A DNA stretch of 10,881 nucleotides, taken from contig JANMKN010000204.1 of NCBI GenBank assembly GCA_031372065.1, positions 1 through 10,881 of the forward strand. Direction: 5' to 3'. This document shows positions 5,660 through 10,881 of this stretch, in pieces (the first letter of the stretch is position 1; each line of letters begins with the position of its first letter). The notes below the pieces were generated by a model. That model saw nothing but the letters and a program-made list of their open reading frames with translations. It did not search any database and was not told where the DNA came from. The stretch comes from Abditibacteriaceae bacterium. Its GTDB lineage: Bacteria; Armatimonadota; Abditibacteriia; Abditibacteriales; Abditibacteriaceae. Made by a program: the position numbers and the translations under genes.

Positions 5660-6961
5660 ATGCAGCTTTACCTGTTAGGCCTAAGCCACAAAACGGCACC
5701 CGTGGAGGTGCGCGAAAAACTCGCGCTCGGCCCCGAACGGTTGCCCGAAGCGTTGCAATTTTTGCGGCGCGTGGCGGGAATGCAAGAAGCGGCCATTTTA
5801 TCAACGTGCAATCGCGCCGAAATTTACGCCGTTGGCGATGCCGCCGCCGGGGCGCGTCTCGAAAGTTTTTTAGAGGAATTTCATCATGTTCCGGCGCGCA
5901 CGCTGCAAGATTGCTTATATCGCGGCCACGACGCGCAATCGGCGCGGCATTTATTTCGCGTCGCCAGTGGCGTGGAAAGTTTGGTGTTGGGCGAAAGCGA
6001 AATCTTGGGCCAAATCAAAAGCGCTTTTGAAATCGCGCGGCAAAGCGGCACCAGCAGCAAAGTTCTCGATGAACTGTTTCGCCGCGCCATCGCATGCGGC
6101 AAACGAACGCGAACCGAAAGTGCCATCGGGCGTGGCGCCTTAAGCGTCGGCAGCGCGTCGGTAGAACTCGCCAAGCAAATTTTCGGGCCGCTGGCTGGCC
6201 ACACCGTTCTCATTTTAGGCGCCGGAAAAATGTCGGCGCGCACGGCCAAAACTTTGGTTGATTCGGGCGCTAAATGCGTTTTGGTCGCCAATCGCACCTT
6301 TGAAAAAGCCGAAGAACTGGCGGCGCAATTTGGCCCCGATGGACACGCCGTCAAATGGGAAGAGTTTCCACAGAAATTAAGCGAAGCCGATATTGTAATT
6401 GCTTCTACGCGCGCGCCGGGGCACATTGTCAAAGCCAGTCACGTCGCCGAAGCGATGCGTAAGCGGCGCCATCGCCCGCTGTTTTTGGTGGACATCGCGG
6501 TGCCGCGCGACATTGACCCGCAGGCGCATCATCTGGACAACGTTTTTGTTTACGACATTGACGATTTGCAAGGCGTGGTCAACGCGAATTTAGCGCACCG
6601 CACATTGGAATTGCCGCAAGTGGAAAGCATTATCGAAAGCGAAGTGGAGAACTGGCAAAAGTGGTATCGTGCGCGGGCCGCGCAGCCGGTGATGGCGGCT
6701 TTGGCGCGTCGCGGCGCGCAAATCCGCGAAAGCGAAGTCGAAGCGACTTTGGCGCAATTGCCGAATCTTTCGGAGCGCGAACGCGAAATTGTCAAGGCGT
6801 TGGCGAAGTCCATCGAAGGCAAAATTTTGCACGCGCCGCTGCGTCATTTGCGCGAAGCGGGCGAAAGCGGTTCGAGCGATGTGGAAGCGTTGCAGCGCGC
6901 GTTTAAATTGGAAGAAACCAAAAACGAAAACAACCACGAAAACAGCGAGGAGGCGGCCTGA
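5660..6961 (+). CDS. hemA: Glutamyl-tRNA reductase
   Basis: GLSHKTAPVEVRE, catalytic STCNRAE, LVLGESEILGQ, NADPH-binding GAGKMS, ANRT and DIAVPRDI motifs. Confidence 0.97.
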   Translation: MQLYLLGLSHKTAPVEVREKLALGPERLPEALQFLRRVAGMQEAAILSTCNRAEIYAVGDAAAGARLESFLEEFHHVPARTLQDCLYRGHDAQSARHLFRVASGVESLVLGESEILGQIKSAFEIARQSGTSSKVLDELFRRAIACGKRTRTESAIGRGALSVGSASVELAKQIFGPLAGHTVLILGAGKMSARTAKTLVDSGAKCVLVANRTFEKAEELAAQFGPDGHAVKWEEFPQKLSEADIVIASTRAPGHIVKASHVAEAMRKRRHRPLFLVDIAVPRDIDPQAHHLDNVFVYDIDDLQGVVNANLAHRTLELPQVESIIESEVENWQKWYRARAAQPVMAALARRGAQIRESEVEATLAQLPNLSEREREIVKALAKSIEGKILHAPLRHLREAGESGSSDVEALQRAFKLEETKNENNHENSEEAA

Positions 6962-7806
6962 TGGAATTTCTTGCACGCAACGAAAACCTGTTTTTAACCG
7001 GCGCGATTGTGGCGTATCTGGTCGCCATGATTGGTTTTTGGATTCAACTTTTCATGCGCGCCGACGATGATTCTCCACGCGCCGAGCGCTGGCACGCGCG
7101 GGCCGCCCTTTGGGGACGCGCTTTGTTGTGTTTGGGCGTGGTGACGCACGCGTTTTCGCTTGTCGGGCAGGGTAGCGCTTTATTGATCGTGCGCGCTGGT
7201 TTCGCCGGAATTTTCGGTTGGGGTTTGGCGCTCGCTTATTTGCTGTGCGGCCCCAAACTCAAGCGCGATTCGATGGGTGCTTTTGTCACGCCGGTCACAC
7301 TTTTAGCGGCGTTTTATTCCTTAACTGCCGAACCTCTGCACAGCGGCGCGCGCAGCGATTTGCTGAAAATGCAATGGACGCCGATTCACGTCACGATTAT
7401 CATTTTGGCTTACGTCGGGCTGGCTTTTGCTTTCGCCTCGGCGCTGATTTATCTGATTCAGGAAACGCTGCTCAAGCGCAAAAAACTGACGGGTTTATGG
7501 CAGCGCTTGCCATCTCTGCAAGTGGCGGATGATTTAATCTATCGCGCCACGGTTTTCGGCTCGGCGCTGCTGGTATTGGGTTTACTCACCGGCGTGGCAG
7601 GCATGGCGCAGCAACCCGGCTATCAGCCGATGCGTGACCCGAAAGTTTTGGTTTCGATGTTTTCGTGGTTTCCCTTCGCGCTTTATTTAATCGCGCGCTG
7701 GTGGCTCGGTTGGCGCGGACGCAGCACCAATTTGGTCGTGATTTACGGCTTTTTGATCTTGGTGATTTCGTTTTTAGGCGCTCCACACGTTATTAGCGGC
7801 CAATAA
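6961..7806 (+). CDS. HemX/CcsA-like cytochrome c assembly family membrane protein
   Basis: ~8 TM segments, PIHV, LIYLIQE..LK.K, RLPSLQVAD, DPK and GWRGR motifs typical of hemA-linked HemX/YpjD-type proteins. TGATG overlap with hemA. The Trp-rich WWD motif is absent. Confidence 0.85.
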   Translation: MEFLARNENLFLTGAIVAYLVAMIGFWIQLFMRADDDSPRAERWHARAALWGRALLCLGVVTHAFSLVGQGSALLIVRAGFAGIFGWGLALAYLLCGPKLKRDSMGAFVTPVTLLAAFYSLTAEPLHSGARSDLLKMQWTPIHVTIIILAYVGLAFAFASALIYLIQETLLKRKKLTGLWQRLPSLQVADDLIYRATVFGSALLVLGLLTGVAGMAQQPGYQPMRDPKVLVSMFSWFPFALYLIARWWLGWRGRSTNLVVIYGFLILVISFLGAPHVISGQ

Positions 7807-7813
7807 TCGGCTA

Positions 7814-8044
7814 CTTTGGGCCAAACATTGCCCCCTTTGTGCTAAACATTGAAGACTTCGGGTCAATTATTGGCGCCTTCGGGTCAATTATTGGCGCCTT
7901 CGGGTCAATTATTGATGTCTTCGGGTCAATTATTGATGTCTTCGGGTTAGTTATTGGCCTCTTCGGGTCAATTATTGGCCTCTTTGGATCAAACATTGAA
8001 GTCTTCGAGCCAACTTTTGGGATCTTCGAGTCCAACATTGACAT
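7814..8044. repeat. 11 x 21-bp tandem repeat array filling the hemX-hemC intergenic region
   Basis: Units start at 7814, 7835, 7856 ... 8024 with no indels. Central consensus CTTCGGGTCAATTATTG(GCGC/ATGT/GCCT). CTTYG (pos 1-5) and TTG (pos 15-17) are invariant in all 11 units. Confidence 0.97.
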
Positions 8045-8978
8045 GACAAACTCCCTTATTACAATGGGCACGCGCGGCAGCGCTTTGGCATTGGCGCAGG
8101 CGCGGCAATTTGCGCGGCAACTGGAAGCGACGCATGAAGGTTTGCGCGTCGAAGAAAAAATCATTCGCACTACGGGCGATAAGCAGCAAAATGTGCCGTT
8201 GCCCGCCATTGGCGGCAAAGGCGTTTTTACGCTGGAAATCGAAGACGCTTTGCACACGGGCGAAATTGATTTTGCGGTGCATTCGCTCAAAGATTTGCCG
8301 CCCGATTTGCCCGAAGGACTCGTTTTAGGTGCTATTCCGCGCCGCGCCGACGCGGGCGATGTGTGTATTTTGCGCGAAAAAAACAGCGCGCTTTCGCTTG
8401 ATTCTCTGCCGCAAGGCGCGAAAGTGGGCACCTCCAGTTTGCGGCGCAAGGCACAGCTTTTGTATTTGCGGCCCGATTTGCAAATCGAAAATATTCGCGG
8501 CAACATTGATACGCGCATTCGCAAACTTGACGAGCAAGATTTCGATGCGATTTTATTGGCACACGCTGGTTTGCAGCGGCTTGGTTTACTGGAACAAATC
8601 GGCGGACGTTGGTTTGCCTTGGACGAAGGCGAATTTGTGCCTGCGCCGGGACAAGGCGCGTTGGCTATCGAAGCGCGCGAAGATGATTCAGTAACTTTGA
8701 AATTATTATTGGCTTTAGATAATGCCGCCACGCGCGCCGAAATTGGCGCCGAGCGCACAGCGATGCGCGCTTTGAATGCCGGTTGCTCGACACCTCTGGG
8801 CGCGCGGGCTGTGGTTTTTGGCGAAGAATTGCATTTATGGGCCACTGTTTTATCGCCCGATGGGGCGCGGCGACTTTTTGCCGAGGCACAGGGTGATATG
8901 CAAAACGCCGCGCGATTGGGAGAAACTGTGGCGCGCGAGTTGCTTGAGAAGGGCGCGGCGGATTTAATGAATCTGTGA
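8043..8978 (+). CDS. hemC: Hydroxymethylbilane synthase (porphobilinogen deaminase)
   Basis: GTRGSALALAQA, TTGD, GGKGVFT, AVHSLKD, GTSSLRR, RGNIDTR, PAPGQG and cofactor Cys in AGCSTP. ATG 8043 gives the normal length (311 aa); ORF-track GTG 7839 adds the repeat. Confidence 0.96.
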   Translation: MTNSLITMGTRGSALALAQARQFARQLEATHEGLRVEEKIIRTTGDKQQNVPLPAIGGKGVFTLEIEDALHTGEIDFAVHSLKDLPPDLPEGLVLGAIPRRADAGDVCILREKNSALSLDSLPQGAKVGTSSLRRKAQLLYLRPDLQIENIRGNIDTRIRKLDEQDFDAILLAHAGLQRLGLLEQIGGRWFALDEGEFVPAPGQGALAIEAREDDSVTLKLLLALDNAATRAEIGAERTAMRALNAGCSTPLGARAVVFGEELHLWATVLSPDGARRLFAEAQGDMQNAARLGETVARELLEKGAADLMNL

Positions 8979-8989
8979 AAAACATCTCC

Positions 8990-9016
8990 AAAAGCGCGCT
9001 GTGAGCGTGCTTTTTT
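8990..9016 (+). terminator. Intrinsic terminator after hemC
   Basis: AAAA-GCGCGCT-GTG-AGCGTGC-TTTTTT: 7-bp GC-rich stem (one G-U) plus U-tract, 11 nt after the stop. Confidence 0.8.
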
Positions 9017-9048
9017 GTTATGTCTGAAACCAAATAAAAGACCGAGTA

Positions 9049-10626
9049 ATGAATATTCCCCCCGATCAAAAGCCGGATTTGTCGCAAGCGCCGCTGTTGC
9101 AAAATGGCGGTTTGACGCGCGAATTTACGCGCATTGTTTTTTTGGTTTTTGTTGTGGTTTCGGGATGGCAATTAGCGCATCAATTGGTCGAAATTCTCCT
9201 GATGTTCGCCATGGTGTTTTTGCTGGCGATCATTTTGAATTCCGTTGTTGTGTCGCTCGAAAAACGCGGCGTGCGGCGCGGTTTGGCCGTTGGACTTATC
9301 ATGTTGGCGCTTATCGGCGCCATTGCTTTGGGCGGGTTTCTCATTGTGCCGCCCGCTCTCAAACAGGCCAATCAATTAGCCGTCAAAGCGCCAACCTATT
9401 GGAAAACCATTCAAGGACGCATCGGTGAATTAGAGGAAAAATATCCCTCGCTCAAACAGGTTTTGCCCGCGCTTACTGAAGAAAAAGCCGCTGGGAATGT
9501 CGTAAGCAGTCGTGAGGATTCGGTGCGGAAATCAACGACACAGCCCGCAGAAAACAGCAAGCCCGATGCAAACAGCGAAAAATCAGCCACCGATTCGTCT
9601 GACAGGGACGCCAATTCTGTAAATAATGCCTCAAACAGCGAAAACAGCGCGACTTCAGATGAATCGGCTTCGGGCGAAGCGCCGGTCCCGCCGGATATTA
9701 GCGGTAATAAAGAGGACGCGACTTCTGAGGAAAAACCAGACAAATCATCCGCCGATAAGTCAGCCAATAAATCAAGCAACAGCAAAACTGTAACGCGCAG
9801 CGTCACGACGAAAACGGACAGTGCGCCGCCGAAAACAAAAGGGGAGCCGTTGGCGCCACTTACCGGTTTTCTGCAACAAGACGCGCTTTTGGGCTATGCG
9901 AAAAGCGCTGTTGCGATTACTGCATCGCTGGCGGGCGCCATTTTTGTGACGTTGCTGTCGTTTTTGCTGCTGATGTTTACGCTGGCCAATCCGCAGGCGT
10001 TAGTCGGCGGTTTACTGAGCGTAGCCCCGGAGAATCAACGCGAAGCAACGCGCCGTTCGTTAGCGCGCGTTTTTCAACAAATGACAGGCTGGGCGCGGGC
10101 CACTTTGATAAACGGCACTATTACCGGCGTGCTGACGGGCGTCGGTTTGGCTATGGTCGGCGTGCAACCGGCTTTGGTCTTCGGCATTTGCGCGTTTTTC
10201 GGTGAGTTTGTGCCTAACGTCGGCCCACTTGTGGCGGCGGCTCCGGCGATTTTCGTGGCGCTTAGTATGGGGCCAAGCAAAGCGGCGGCGGCCTTGGGCG
10301 TGATTATTTTCGTGCAGGCTGTGGCGAGCAACGCTTTAAACCCGATTATCATGGGCCGCGAGATGAAACTGCATCCGGTCACCATCACTTTTTACGCTTT
10401 AGCGATGGGCAAATTATTTGGCGTTACAGGCGCGATTTTAGCGGTGCCTGCGGCAGCGACAACGAAAATTTTAGTGGAAGAATTTTATTTGCGTCCGCAC
10501 CGCGTCAACGAAGCCATCATCGCAGGACAAGCGCTCGGCATCGTCATGAACGAAGCGGGCGTAGACGAACCGGACATAGATAAAGTGGACGAAGATGAGC
10601 CGGACGAAAATAAACCGGACAACTAA
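9049..10626 (+). CDS. AI-2E family (PerM/TqsA, UPF0118) transporter with long low-complexity insertion
   Basis: N-terminal TMs with LAIILN.VV.LEKRGV.R, C-terminal FVPNVGP, Q....N.LNPIIMG..MKLHP and G.LFGVTGAILAVP motifs. 525 aa versus the usual ~350-400. Confidence 0.88.
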   Translation: MNIPPDQKPDLSQAPLLQNGGLTREFTRIVFLVFVVVSGWQLAHQLVEILLMFAMVFLLAIILNSVVVSLEKRGVRRGLAVGLIMLALIGAIALGGFLIVPPALKQANQLAVKAPTYWKTIQGRIGELEEKYPSLKQVLPALTEEKAAGNVVSSREDSVRKSTTQPAENSKPDANSEKSATDSSDRDANSVNNASNSENSATSDESASGEAPVPPDISGNKEDATSEEKPDKSSADKSANKSSNSKTVTRSVTTKTDSAPPKTKGEPLAPLTGFLQQDALLGYAKSAVAITASLAGAIFVTLLSFLLLMFTLANPQALVGGLLSVAPENQREATRRSLARVFQQMTGWARATLINGTITGVLTGVGLAMVGVQPALVFGICAFFGEFVPNVGPLVAAAPAIFVALSMGPSKAAAALGVIIFVQAVASNALNPIIMGREMKLHPVTITFYALAMGKLFGVTGAILAVPAAATTKILVEEFYLRPHRVNEAIIAGQALGIVMNEAGVDEPDIDKVDEDEPDENKPDN

Positions 10627-10712
10627 ATGATTTGCCAACGCGGTATGTATTTGAAGCGATTTCTTGGTTTACTTACTGATGCGCCAATTCCGGCACGTTA
10701 GGCGCCCCTTAT

Positions 10713-10881
10713 ATGAGCGAACAAGCGTTACAAGAAGAAAATCAGGCAAAGGAAGAGGAAAACCTTACAGAAACGCCCCTGACCGAAGACACGGAGCATT
10801 TATTCCGGCGTCTGCGCGGCCCGCTGGACGGCGTTCGTAACCATGACCGCGATGCGTTGCGCGATCATTTGGTGCTGGTTC
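10713..10881 (+). CDS. Hypothetical protein, 5' part only (runs off the window)
   Basis: Open frame from ATG 10713: MSEQALQEENQAKEEENLTETPLTEDTEHLFRRLRGPLDGVRNHDRDALRDHLVLV..., no stop before the window end. Acidic N-terminus, no recognisable family. Confidence 0.55.
   Translation, partial: MSEQALQEENQAKEEENLTETPLTEDTEHLFRRLRGPLDGVRNHDRDALRDHLVLV

Noticed and set aside
7814..8044. 21-bp array as a CRISPR array
   Set aside because: Units are directly adjacent with no unique spacers, the variable part is only ~4 nt, and no cas genes or leader are in the window.
7811..8845. 344-aa minus-strand ORF with IIDPKTS repeats
   Set aside because: Antisense shadow of hemC, extended by a stop-free 3n repeat. 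No recognisable domain, and hemC motifs fully explain the sequence.
8973..8990. Possible third Rex box over the hemC stop (CTGTGAA-AAAC-ATCTCCA)
   Set aside because: Only 10/14 match with a poor right half, it lies upstream of the terminator, and GTGA arises easily from a TGA stop.
9411..9806. 131-aa Ser/Leu-rich minus-strand ORF
   Set aside because: Antisense of the low-complexity insert in the AI-2E gene; no independent evidence.

Overview
Bacterial chromosomal window dominated by one + strand, apparently Rex-linked respiratory-cofactor cluster: rex - long-chain polyprenyl-diphosphate synthase - ccmA - ccmB - ccmC - ccmD (56 aa, missed by the ORF track) - sirC/Met8-like - hemA - hemX/ccsA-like - hemC, closed by an intrinsic terminator. 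It is followed by an AI-2E family transporter carrying a ~125-aa low-complexity insertion and a truncated hypothetical gene. A small secreted-type protein is transcribed divergently at the left end. Rex-box-like sites lie upstream of rex and over its stop codon. The non-coding structure is the most unusual part: five of the gene junctions between the prenyl synthase and hemC carry short tandem arrays whose periods are all multiples of 7 (7, 14, 21 bp). These include a ~100-bp hairpin built from opposed heptamer arrays (ccmB/ccmC) and an 11 x 21-bp array (hemX/hemC) that ends on the hemC start codon. No transposase, RNA gene or CRISPR array is evident. All calls come from motif reading only; no searches were run.
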